64,000 bases of DNA from a virus (lineage: Duplodnaviria; Caudoviricetes): IMG/VR virus record IMGVR_UViG_3300014208_000024, positions 224,001 to 288,000 of that record. One strand, 5' to 3'. Position numbers and translations under genes: made by a program. Each line of letters starts with the position of its first letter. Within the stretch, counting starts at the first letter, position 1. Below are positions 19,670-28,824 of this stretch, in pieces. Under the pieces are notes generated by a model. That model saw nothing but the letters and a program-made list of their open reading frames with translations. It made no database searches and was not told the origin of the DNA.

Positions 19670-20668
19670 ATGGAAGATCAAAAATTCATAATACTGTCTA
19701 TTTTAAAAAATTTTCTCGGAGACCCCAAATCATTTAAAGACTTGGAAACTAGAAAACAGTTGGAATTTAATTGCCAAAGTCATCAGTGTAAAAACGATGT
19801 AGATAAATACAATTTAGCTTTCAATACAGATGAAAATATATACAAATGTTGGAAATGTAAAGACAGTGGAATAATTCACAAATTAGTTTATAAATATGGA
19901 TCAACAGAAGATAATAAAAGGTTAAAATTAATAATGCCTACATATACAGGTAATTATATAAATGTTTTTCGCAAACACACGATAAATCACAATTTAATTA
20001 CCTGCCCACTTCCAGAAGGGTATATTCCAATAACTTCAACAATAAAAACAACAATGCATAAATTGGCATATGATTATGTCATAAAAAAAAGAAAACTATC
20101 AATAGATCAATTGTTTCATAATAAAATAGGGTACACAGAAATTGGTGCTTATAGAAATAGAATAATAATCCCATCATTCAACGATTATGGTAATGTTAAT
20201 TATTTTGAAGCGAGAACATTTCTTAAAAACGTAAAACTACCATATTACAAACCAGATCAAAAGGCTTTTCCAGAAAAAAACATACCAGAGAAATATGATA
20301 TAATTTTTAACGAAATAAATATAAATTGGGATTTGCCCATTTATTTAGTTGAAGGAGTGTTTGATATGTTTAGAATTCCAAACTCCATTCCGATGCTTGG
20401 AAAAACACCATCTTGGTTATTAATATCAAAATTAATTGAACATAACTCTACAATTATTATATGTTTAGACGAAGATGCAATTAAAGACAGTTTTGAAATA
20501 TATGAACAGCTTTCGTCTTTAGGTTTGGATGTTTATTTTGTAGACTTAAAAGGATTGGGAGATATTTCATATCATTATGAACAAAACGGAGAAAAAGCAA
20601 TAGTTGAACTTTTGAAAAAAAGGAAAAAAATAGATTTTATTTATAAAATGTCAAGAATATTAAATTAA
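19670..20668 (+). CDS. DNA primase (Zn-binding + TOPRIM)
   Basis: CQSHQC...CWKC zinc site, YLVEGVFD and DEDA TOPRIM motifs; start ATG 19670 just downstream of TATATTTG. Confidence 0.85.
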   Translation: MEDQKFIILSILKNFLGDPKSFKDLETRKQLEFNCQSHQCKNDVDKYNLAFNTDENIYKCWKCKDSGIIHKLVYKYGSTEDNKRLKLIMPTYTGNYINVFRKHTINHNLITCPLPEGYIPITSTIKTTMHKLAYDYVIKKRKLSIDQLFHNKIGYTEIGAYRNRIIIPSFNDYGNVNYFEARTFLKNVKLPYYKPDQKAFPEKNIPEKYDIIFNEININWDLPIYLVEGVFDMFRIPNSIPMLGKTPSWLLISKLIEHNSTIIICLDEDAIKDSFEIYEQLSSLGLDVYFVDLKGLGDISYHYEQNGEKAIVELLKKRKKIDFIYKMSRILN

Positions 20669-21549
20669 TTAGTTGTTTTTACAAACAGCTTGCTTTTAGA
20701 ATTTAATCCAGCAAGCCTAAAGTGTTCTTTAATTTCTAAAAATTTTTTATATTTTCTTTGTAATCCAATGTTGTCCAATTCTGTTGTTTTATAAATATAT
20801 TCACCAAAACTTAATAATGAATTTTTATTAGTAAATCTAAGATGAGAATATTTGTTTCCATTTTTAGTAATTATTCTTTTTATTGTATAACTACATTTTA
20901 ATTGTTTCATAAGATTTTCTAAATCAATCCAACATTGTTCATAGGAACCAGATATACTATATTGTTTACAAAATCCATTTGGATTTGTGTAAAAACAACC
21001 ATCTCCATCTGAAAATCCAAGAAAAAAATAACTTTTTAAATTATCAGGAATTTTATTTAATATTTTTGTTGGAGAAACCAATGATTTTTTATCATAATCA
21101 TTTTCTAATAAAAAATTATATATAAATGGATTTGTAGTTGACACCGATATTGTTTCTTTCCAATGTTTTTTATCTTTACGTTTATAATATTTCCATGTTC
21201 CAATTGACTCAAATAAAAATTTTATTTGTTTCATATCTTCACTTGCTATTTTTAAAATTGTAATACAGGAATTATATTTTTTATTATGAGCAATACACCC
21301 ATCTGCCCACAAAAAACCTAATATATAAGCCGACTCTGGAGTTGATATATTTGTAATTTTGTTGTGATTTATATTAAACTTATCATTTTTTATATAAGAT
21401 AGATTTAATTTTTGCACCATCCATTTAACATTAGATTTAGTTTTTTTTAAAAAGTCTATACAATACTTCATTTTCTTTTCTTTGTAATTTTTTTTTAAAA
21501 AACACACCTCTTCTTTTGTCCACTTTTTAGACATAACACGATCTTTCAT
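20665..21549 (-). CDS. Free-standing LAGLIDADG homing endonuclease
   Basis: Two motifs, AYILGFLWADGCI and YFFLGFSDGDGCF; N-terminal KKWTKEE helix-turn-helix-like segment. Confidence 0.85.
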   Translation of the reverse strand: MKDRVMSKKWTKEEVCFLKKNYKEKKMKYCIDFLKKTKSNVKWMVQKLNLSYIKNDKFNINHNKITNISTPESAYILGFLWADGCIAHNKKYNSCITILKIASEDMKQIKFLFESIGTWKYYKRKDKKHWKETISVSTTNPFIYNFLLENDYDKKSLVSPTKILNKIPDNLKSYFFLGFSDGDGCFYTNPNGFCKQYSISGSYEQCWIDLENLMKQLKCSYTIKRIITKNGNKYSHLRFTNKNSLLSFGEYIYKTTELDNIGLQRKYKKFLEIKEHFRLAGLNSKSKLFVKTTN

Positions 21550-21559
21550 GGTTGTTTTA

Positions 21560-21736
21560 TTAATTATTTAACATTTGCTCCATAGATTCTCTGACAAATT
21601 CAGATATTTTAATAATTTTACCTCGTTGAACACTTTGCTCAATTGTTTTTTTAACACATCTTTGATATAAATCATCACTTAATCTAAATGTTAATGTCCT
21701 AAACTCTATTGCTTTATTTTCATCTTCTTTTTTCAT
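21560..21736 (-). CDS. Ribbon-helix-helix DNA-binding protein (58 aa; not in the ORF track)
   Basis: MKKEDENKAIEFRTLTFRLSDDLYQRCVKKTIEQSVQRGKIIKISEFVRESMEQMLNN: beta-ribbon TLTFRL, helix, SEFVRES helix; stop is 10 nt upstream of the endonuclease start. Confidence 0.75.
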   Translation of the reverse strand: MKKEDENKAIEFRTLTFRLSDDLYQRCVKKTIEQSVQRGKIIKISEFVRESMEQMLNN

Positions 21737-21856
21737 AATTGTTTTTTAAATTGTTTTGTCTTACATAAATATATGAAAAAATTATAAAATAAAAATATTT
21801 AAAACAATTCTTTTAAAAACAGAATAAATGTTATATCTTTGCATAAATAAAATTTT

Positions 21857-24800
21857 ATGAAAAATAACATTTCCATAGCACATATAAGTGACCAGCATAT
21901 CCGATTTTCATCAAGACACCAAGAATATAAAGAAGTTTTTGAAAGATTATATGAGGATTTAAAAAAAATAAAACCAGATTACATAATTTGTACAGGAGAT
22001 TTAAATCATTTAAAAATAAACATGTCGCCTTCGTCTATTGATTTGGCATCTGAATTTCTAATTAGTTTAGCAAAAATCTCTCCAACATATTTAATATTAG
22101 GAAATCATGATCTTAATGTCCAATGTAAGGAGCAAGGAGATACTGTATCTCCAATAATAGATATTGCAAATAAATTTTATGATTTAACAAATCCAACACC
22201 TAGAATAGATAACAAAGTAGCTCATATTGTTTCAGAAAGAAATAAGGAAAAAATAGACTTTTCAAAAAAAGGAATTTATTTATTTCCAGAAAGTGGATTT
22301 TACAAAATTTCAAATAAACTTATATTTGGAGTTTATTCATGTAAAGACAATAAAATATTAACATTAGACAAAAAAGAACCAGGTGTTAAATATGTAGCAT
22401 TATATCACGGAAAAATAAAGGGAGCTAGAGGGGATAATGGATATGAATTAATGGGTGATGATTTATTAAATATATCTACATTTAACAATTTTGATGCTGT
22501 TTTAATGGGAGATATTCATTTATATCAATCATTTCAAAATGATTCTATTGCATATTCAGGCGCTCTCATTCAACAAGATTATGGAAGTGATATAAATTGT
22601 GGATATTTATTGTGGAGTTTAAATTTGGAAAGCGAAACTGTAACTCACCAAAGAAAATATATTTTAAATGATTATGGTTTTGCAAAAATAACAATTGCAA
22701 AAGGAGAAAATATAGAAGAAAGAATTGAAAACATTAAATTCAGTAACAATAAAAAACAAACAAAAGTTTATATAATCTGGGAAGATTATGAGGAAAATTA
22801 TTCTACAGAAAAAGAATCTCAAATTGCAAAATTAGTAAAAGAAAAATTTGGTTGTGACGTTGTGAAGGTAGAATTTTCTGAAATCAAAAAAATACAACAA
22901 GACAATACTGATGTAGCAGATTCAAAAAATCAAGAAACATTTTTACAACAAATATCTACATATCTAAAAGAAATAAATCCAGATGAAGATGAGTCTATAA
23001 TAAAAGAAGTTCTTTCTTTGGCAGAGTTTATTGATAAAGAATTGGAGATTACAGATAAAGTTGAAGATGTTAAGCTTTGGGATGTTGATAGTATTGAAAT
23101 TTCTAACATATTTTCATTTCCAGAAAAACCAATTTTTATTAATCTGGAAAAAATGAGAGGTTCTACTGGAGTGTTTGGTAAAAACTATTCTGGTAAATCC
23201 AATGTTGTCAAAGCAATTGTTTGGGGATTATATCAACACATTCTTGGAGGCGGAAGTGCAAAGAAAATTGTAAACATTTACACATCTTCTAATAAGGGAT
23301 ATGTAAAAATTCACCTTACAATAGATGGTGAAAAATATTATTTAAAAAGAGAAGTTATAACAAAAGTCGATAAATACGGAGAATCTTCAAACTCTTATCC
23401 AATTGAATATAGAAAACTGATAACTGACGACGATGGAAAACAAAAGTGGGTGCCAGAAATATCAGATAAAAAAGCAAACACAAAAGTAGAAGTTAAAAAC
23501 ATTGTTCTTTCTGCAATTGGAACAGTCGAAGATTTCACAAAAGTTTGTCTACAGACTCAAGGCGGAAAAGAAGATTATATTAATCAAGATCAACAACCAA
23601 AAAACGATTTGGTTAATAAATATCTTGGATTAGAACAGTTTAGAGACAGATATGATTATGGAAACAAAACATTTAACGATGTAAAGAAAAAACAAAAAGA
23701 GCTTGGAGATATAGTATCCCTTCAAGCAAAAGTATTAGAAGTTGAAGCATTAATAACAAAAATTCAGTCAGAATACGATGCTTTAGTTATTGAAAAAAAC
23801 CATTCTGAATCAAAAAAAGATGTTGTTGATAATAAAATTTTAGAATTGTCTAAAAATTTAAAACAGTATGTTAATCTATTAAGAGATGAAATTAACAACA
23901 GACAAGATATATTAAACAACATAAACACATTAGAAAATCAAATAAAAGAAGATGAGGTAAAACACAAATTTCTTTTTGAATGGATTTCTGTAAATTTTAA
24001 AAAAGAATTGCCATTCGATGAAAACGAAACTGTTGAAAAGTTAAATTCAGAATTAACAAAAGAAAGCAATCAATTTACAAAAGAAAGAAATAAATATGTT
24101 GAGATAGAAAAATGGATTAATGAAAATCCAATTAGAAATTTAGAAAGTATAGAGGGGTTTGATTTAATTATTCAAAATTTAAATTTTCAAATAGCAAATT
24201 TACAAGCAAAACTTCCAACATATAAAGGAGAACAGTGCCCAACTTGCGGAAATATTACACAAAAACCAAATATTGAAATGTATAACCAATGTTTGAGTGA
24301 AATTTCAACACAAACTGGAGTTTTAAATAGCTATATAAATGCAATTAACAAACATCGTGAAGACACCACTAATAACAAAAATGTTGAAATACAAAATTCA
24401 AATCTATTAGCTCTTCGTGCTACACTAACATCCAGGAAAGAGAAAAAGGAAAAATTAATAGAAAAAATATCTTTAATATCACAATCTAAAGAAATTTTAA
24501 TACACAATCAATTAGTAGAAGATAATAACAAATTGTTGCAAACTACAAAAAACAACATTGATATTAAAATAAAATTAATAGAAAAGTTAAAATTAAATCT
24601 TGAAAAAATAGTTCAAAATGAAGATGCAAAAAAACATAACATATCAATAGAAAAAGAAATTTTTGAATTACAAGAACAAAGTAAGGCATATAAATTTTCT
24701 ATTTATGGACTTTCACAACAAATAACCAATAAAAATGGGGACCTTAGAGTTGAAAAAAATAATTTGGAAAATTATAATAATAAACTCGAAGAAGTAAAGG

Positions 24801-25348
24801 CTGCAGAAAAAACATATAAAAAGCATTCTTTATATTTACAGGCAGTTCATAGAGATGGTATTCCAGCCAAAATTATTAGAAGAAAACTTCCAATAATTAA
24901 CAACAAAATTAACAGTATATTAAGCACGATTGTTAATTTTAGGATAGAAATGAGCGTAACAACAAAGGGTGATATTATAGAGGAGTTTTATTTCAGTCCA
25001 GACAAATCAGACACTCTTCCTCTTGCATTCGCTTCTGGTGCCCAAAAATTCATTTCTAGCGTTGTTATAAAGGATGCATTACATTATATGAGTAATCTTA
25101 TTAAACCGTCTTTAAACATAATTGATGAAGGATTTGGAACACTTGATGATGATTTGATTTCTGGAATCATAACTGTTTTGCAGTATCTTAAAAACAAATA
25201 TAAAAATGTTTTGATTATTACTCACAGAAATGAAATTAAAGATAGTGTTAATAATATTATAGAAGTTTATAAAACCTATGACAATATTTCACAAGAGGTT
25301 TTAAACACAAACGAACATGCAGGAATAACTCAAATTAATATATCATAA
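21857..25348 (+). CDS. Fused SbcD(Mre11/gp47)-SbcC(Rad50/gp46) nuclease-ATPase
   Basis: Metallophosphoesterase motifs DQH, GDLNH, GNHD, GDIH; Walker A GKNYSGKS; coiled coil with CPTC hook; signature SGAQ; Walker B IIDE; H-loop ITH, all in one ORF. Confidence 0.92.
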   Translation: MKNNISIAHISDQHIRFSSRHQEYKEVFERLYEDLKKIKPDYIICTGDLNHLKINMSPSSIDLASEFLISLAKISPTYLILGNHDLNVQCKEQGDTVSPIIDIANKFYDLTNPTPRIDNKVAHIVSERNKEKIDFSKKGIYLFPESGFYKISNKLIFGVYSCKDNKILTLDKKEPGVKYVALYHGKIKGARGDNGYELMGDDLLNISTFNNFDAVLMGDIHLYQSFQNDSIAYSGALIQQDYGSDINCGYLLWSLNLESETVTHQRKYILNDYGFAKITIAKGENIEERIENIKFSNNKKQTKVYIIWEDYEENYSTEKESQIAKLVKEKFGCDVVKVEFSEIKKIQQDNTDVADSKNQETFLQQISTYLKEINPDEDESIIKEVLSLAEFIDKELEITDKVEDVKLWDVDSIEISNIFSFPEKPIFINLEKMRGSTGVFGKNYSGKSNVVKAIVWGLYQHILGGGSAKKIVNIYTSSNKGYVKIHLTIDGEKYYLKREVITKVDKYGESSNSYPIEYRKLITDDDGKQKWVPEISDKKANTKVEVKNIVLSAIGTVEDFTKVCLQTQGGKEDYINQDQQPKNDLVNKYLGLEQFRDRYDYGNKTFNDVKKKQKELGDIVSLQAKVLEVEALITKIQSEYDALVIEKNHSESKKDVVDNKILELSKNLKQYVNLLRDEINNRQDILNNINTLENQIKEDEVKHKFLFEWISVNFKKELPFDENETVEKLNSELTKESNQFTKERNKYVEIEKWINENPIRNLESIEGFDLIIQNLNFQIANLQAKLPTYKGEQCPTCGNITQKPNIEMYNQCLSEISTQTGVLNSYINAINKHREDTTNNKNVEIQNSNLLALRATLTSRKEKKEKLIEKISLISQSKEILIHNQLVEDNNKLLQTTKNNIDIKIKLIEKLKLNLEKIVQNEDAKKHNISIEKEIFELQEQSKAYKFSIYGLSQQITNKNGDLRVEKNNLENYNNKLEEVKAAEKTYKKHSLYLQAVHRDGIPAKIIRRKLPIINNKINSILSTIVNFRIEMSVTTKGDIIEEFYFSPDKSDTLPLAFASGAQKFISSVVIKDALHYMSNLIKPSLNIIDEGFGTLDDDLISGIITVLQYLKNKYKNVLIITHRNEIKDSVNNIIEVYKTYDNISQEVLNTNEHAGITQINIS

Positions 25349-25351
25349 AAT

Positions 25352-25744
25352 ATGAGCGTAGACTATTATCATTGCGAAGTGTGTGGAGAATCTCTCTACG
25401 AAGAATATGTTGGTCATTGTAATAAATGCCACAACAGTTTGTGTACACATTGTTTAGTAAATAAAGATATAAATGTTCTATATGCGCACAAATATGGATA
25501 TAAATTTAATTCTAATGATCCAGAATTAATGAGAAAATATGAAAACGAAGGATATACTTTATATAAACCAGACGGAGAATCATACTATAAAGACGGAGAT
25601 ATTATAGATGATTCTGGAATTGATAGTAAATATTGTCCATTTTGTAGCGGAGAAAAAATAGATAACGACGCTCTTTTAAAACATATTATAAAAAAATACA
25701 ATATCGATATTCAAAATGAGTGGAAAGAAATTAAAAAAAAATGA
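25352..25744 (+). CDS. Zinc-finger hypothetical protein
   Basis: CEVC, CNKC, CTHC and CPFC pairs. Confidence 0.6.
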   Translation: MSVDYYHCEVCGESLYEEYVGHCNKCHNSLCTHCLVNKDINVLYAHKYGYKFNSNDPELMRKYENEGYTLYKPDGESYYKDGDIIDDSGIDSKYCPFCSGEKIDNDALLKHIIKKYNIDIQNEWKEIKKK

Positions 25745-25763
25745 AAATTGATATATTTATAAA

Positions 25764-25943
25764 ATGAATGATAAAATAAAAAACTGGGACAAATTAAAAT
25801 CTGTAGAAGAAAAAAAAATTCTCATATTTTGGTCTAAAATTACAACTGTCACAATTAATGATGATGGAATATGGATGTTAGATATGATCCCATTCCCAGC
25901 AACCCCAAATGCTCATATGTTTAAAATAAAAGAAAATGAATAA
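25764..25943 (+). CDS. Small hypothetical protein (59 aa; not in the ORF track)
   Basis: MNDKIKNWDKLKSVEEKKILIFWSKITTVTINDDGIWMLDMIPFPATPNAHMFKIKENE fills the gap and overlaps the next start by 8 nt. Confidence 0.45.
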   Translation: MNDKIKNWDKLKSVEEKKILIFWSKITTVTINDDGIWMLDMIPFPATPNAHMFKIKENE

Positions 25944-26346
25944 CAAAGAATTAAATAAACATAACCAATCTGTTTCCGATGAATATAAAAAAAGAAGAGA
26001 AAAAAATAATTTGGAAAAAAAGAAAGCCAAAGAAGTTCAACAAAAGACTTTGTTGGAGCCAAACATTAAAGATGGTTTAATTATTTGGAAAGACAAACAT
26101 AATGACGGAAGTGTTTATGAAGGAAGTTTTGGAAAAGAAAAATGCTTTGAAATCAAACGTGGGATAATTTCTTTTACTCTGAAAACGATACATAAAGAAT
26201 TAAAAACGGATATAAAAAACAATAGCTCTACAGAACTTATTAAACTTCAAGAAAAAGCAAATAAAATTCTTTGGAACAATCCAGAATTTTTATTAAAATT
26301 TAAACCCGTCTCTCAAAAACTTATTCCAAGGTTTTCTAAGATATAA
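25936..26346 (+). CDS. Hypothetical protein
   Basis: 136 aa ORF; convergent 54-nt overlap with the next gene. Confidence 0.55.
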   Translation: MNNKELNKHNQSVSDEYKKRREKNNLEKKKAKEVQQKTLLEPNIKDGLIIWKDKHNDGSVYEGSFGKEKCFEIKRGIISFTLKTIHKELKTDIKNNSSTELIKLQEKANKILWNNPEFLLKFKPVSQKLIPRFSKI

Positions 26347-27066
26347 AGCTCTTTTTTCTCTTTCTGTTAAAGGTTTTTCATTTGCTATTTCTGGAGTTTT
26401 CACTTCTGGTTCCTTTATTTCTGGAGGAGTATTTACAACTGGTTCTTCCATATTTTCTGGCGCTTCAGCTGGAACTTGCCCTGTTGCTTTAACTTTTGAC
26501 AAATCAATTGGTTCTCCCATTTTTTCTCCCCTACCTTCTCTATCATCTCTTTCTATTTCTGCAGTTGTTACATCATATTGGTTAAAAATTGTAGAATATC
26601 TTTTATCTCCTTTTTTATATCCTGGAGGATATTCGTAAAAAAACTTGTCAGTTAACCACATTCCTTTAAAACTTTTAAGATCAAGATCAAATAATCTCCA
26701 TTCGTTATTAGTTTCTTGACTTCTCTTTCCAGTTGATTGAGCGGATCTTTCAGATTGTCCAGCTAAGTGAAAAGCACTCAACTTTAAGGGGACTCCACTT
26801 TTTGTTTTATAAGTTCCCAAAGTAACAGGAAGAATTACTCTAAATTTTGTAACAGGCATATCAGTACTTTTATAAGATATTCCAATTGCCCTACCCTCTC
26901 TAATTGCTTGTTTAATTAAGTTTAGATCGAATCCTTGAACTCTTTGCCAGCTTTTATCGTATGCCTTTGTTAAATCTTCTCTACTAAAATCAATTGACTC
27001 TACAATTGTCTTTAGTCCAGCTATCTGCATTATTCTATTTTTGTATGACTCTGAAATTAACCTCAT
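26293..27066 (-). CDS. WYL-like domain protein with N-terminal leader
   Basis: IGISYK...RVILPVTLG...LSAFHLAGQS...EWRLFDLD follows the WYL/SH3-like pattern; leader MRLISESYKNRIMQIAGLKTIVES; Pro/Glu-rich tail. Confidence 0.6.
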   Translation of the reverse strand: MRLISESYKNRIMQIAGLKTIVESIDFSREDLTKAYDKSWQRVQGFDLNLIKQAIREGRAIGISYKSTDMPVTKFRVILPVTLGTYKTKSGVPLKLSAFHLAGQSERSAQSTGKRSQETNNEWRLFDLDLKSFKGMWLTDKFFYEYPPGYKKGDKRYSTIFNQYDVTTAEIERDDREGRGEKMGEPIDLSKVKATGQVPAEAPENMEEPVVNTPPEIKEPEVKTPEIANEKPLTEREKRALYLRKPWNKFLRDGFKF

Positions 27067-27134
27067 ATGTAATAAATATGAAAATAAACTTAATTTTTAC
27101 ATTTTTTTTTATTATATTTGTAAAAATTAAAATT

Positions 27135-28079
27135 ATGGCTATAAAAGAAATAGATGGTAAAATAATTAAAAGTGATTTACATTCTGGTTTGGGCATAGAT
27201 GATAACAATACCCATATAAGTTTCAGCGAATTTTCTCTTTATAATGAATGTGGTCAAAAACATTTAATTTTTAAATATTTAGCATTAGATGTACAAGAAC
27301 AATCTATTCACTTATTTTTTGGAAATGCAATCCACGAAGCAATAGAAATGGGAGTAAAAAACAATTTAAGCAAAGATCAAAGAGCAAAATATTTTGCAGA
27401 CAAATTTAAAAAAGACATGATGGACAATATGCTTCACGATAAGCAATTTAAAGATGTTGATGATTTTATTGAACAAGGAAAAAATATTTTATTAATTTTA
27501 GACACTGAAGTTATATTAAAAGGATATCAAATAGTCAGCGTAGAGGAACCATTATATGAAGTAATATATAAAAAATTTCGTTTTAAAGGATTCGTTGATA
27601 TGGTAGTTTTTAATCCTTCAACGGGAAAATATCTTATAATTGATTGGAAAACTTCTGGAGAAGAATGGGATGTTGACAAAAAGAAAAAAGATGAAATATT
27701 CTTGTGTCAAATGAGGTTTTATAAATTTTTCTGGGGAAGAAAAAATAAAGTTTCACTCGATAAAATAGATTGTAAATATGTAGTTTTAAACAGACTTAAA
27801 AATAAAAAAAAATCAACTGGTGGGTTTGGGGAAATTCAAATAGTTGATATAAATTCAACCGAAAATGAAGTTTTTGAATCTTTAATAAAACTAGGAGATA
27901 CACTAAAAAACATTCATGTAGAAAAAATATTTCCAAAAGTTAAATTTACTGGAAGCGAAAAGTTTAATTGCATGTTTTGTAAATATAAAGGAGGAATTCA
28001 TCCATTATGCAATTCTAAATATAATCAATATGTAGAGTTGTTGCAAGAAAACGAAAAGAAAATTAAAATAAATATTTAA
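27135..28079 (+). CDS. PD-(D/E)xK exonuclease (RecB/AddB/Cas4-like family)
   Basis: SFSEFSLYNEC, GNAIHEAIE, GFVDMVV, IIDWKTS, QMRFY and C-terminal CMFC; start ATG 27135 after TATATTTG. Confidence 0.85.
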   Translation: MAIKEIDGKIIKSDLHSGLGIDDNNTHISFSEFSLYNECGQKHLIFKYLALDVQEQSIHLFFGNAIHEAIEMGVKNNLSKDQRAKYFADKFKKDMMDNMLHDKQFKDVDDFIEQGKNILLILDTEVILKGYQIVSVEEPLYEVIYKKFRFKGFVDMVVFNPSTGKYLIIDWKTSGEEWDVDKKKKDEIFLCQMRFYKFFWGRKNKVSLDKIDCKYVVLNRLKNKKKSTGGFGEIQIVDINSTENEVFESLIKLGDTLKNIHVEKIFPKVKFTGSEKFNCMFCKYKGGIHPLCNSKYNQYVELLQENEKKIKINI

Positions 28080-28081
28080 AT

Positions 28082-28483
28082 ATGGCATACTACAACAAAG
28101 AAGATGTAAAAAAATACATCAATCAAAACAATGAAAAAATTGAAAGTAAAGGACATAAGTCTATTACCCCAATTGAACAATCTTTAACACAAATTAACAA
28201 CGAAGAAGATGTCGTTGGTTTTTTTTGGATGGATATTAATGAAGAAAATGGAGATGGTGCAAAAGTAAAAATGGAAGGAAAAACTTTTATTAGAATTGAT
28301 TTAAATCTATATACAGACGACAGATTTGCCATAGACTTATATCAAGCTCAAGTTGAAACAATTCCTGTTTCTCAGGTTATAAAAAATAGAATGACAGAAC
28401 AAGAAAGAGCTATGAAATCTGTTAAAGAAAACAAAGAAGATTTAGAAAACAGCATCTCAGATAAACTAACAAAAAAAGAATAA
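28082..28483 (+). CDS. Hypothetical protein
   Basis: 133 aa ORF in operon. Confidence 0.55.
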   Translation: MAYYNKEDVKKYINQNNEKIESKGHKSITPIEQSLTQINNEEDVVGFFWMDINEENGDGAKVKMEGKTFIRIDLNLYTDDRFAIDLYQAQVETIPVSQVIKNRMTEQERAMKSVKENKEDLENSISDKLTKKE

Positions 28484-28484
28484 A

Positions 28485-28820
28485 ATGGAATTAGAAGAAC
28501 TTAATGGATTTGTAAATTTAAATGAATTAGATCTTCTTTACAAACTCATAGAAATCGCAGAATCGAATAAAAAAGATACTGAAAGAGTTCTCAGGGGAGA
28601 AAGTGCTGCTGGAATAAGAGTTCGAAATAAACTACAAGATATTAGAACGTTGTGCGAAATTATAAGAGATAAAATACAAATCAGAAAAGGCGCAGATTGG
28701 GGAAATAAAAGAATTTCTGCGTTAGAAAAAGCAATTCAAGAAGCTCAAAAAAAGATAATAAGTGATAGAGAGTTGATTGAAAAAAGAAAAAGGGAAAGGA
28801 TTGCTAGACTTGCAAGATAA
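28485..28820 (+). CDS. Hc1 / Bacteroidota histone-H1-like nucleoid protein homologue
   Basis: RGESAAGIRVRNKLQDIRTLCEIIRDKI matches the GNxAAGxRxRKxxQxIKxLxxxIR pattern of this family as I recall it. Confidence 0.6.
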   Translation: MELEELNGFVNLNELDLLYKLIEIAESNKKDTERVLRGESAAGIRVRNKLQDIRTLCEIIRDKIQIRKGADWGNKRISALEKAIQEAQKKIISDRELIEKRKRERIARLAR

Positions 28821-28824
28821 AAAT

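Noticed and set aside
27135-28079. Cas4 / CRISPR system
   Set aside because: A generic PD-(D/E)xK nuclease in a replication operon; no repeat-spacer array or other cas gene is visible.
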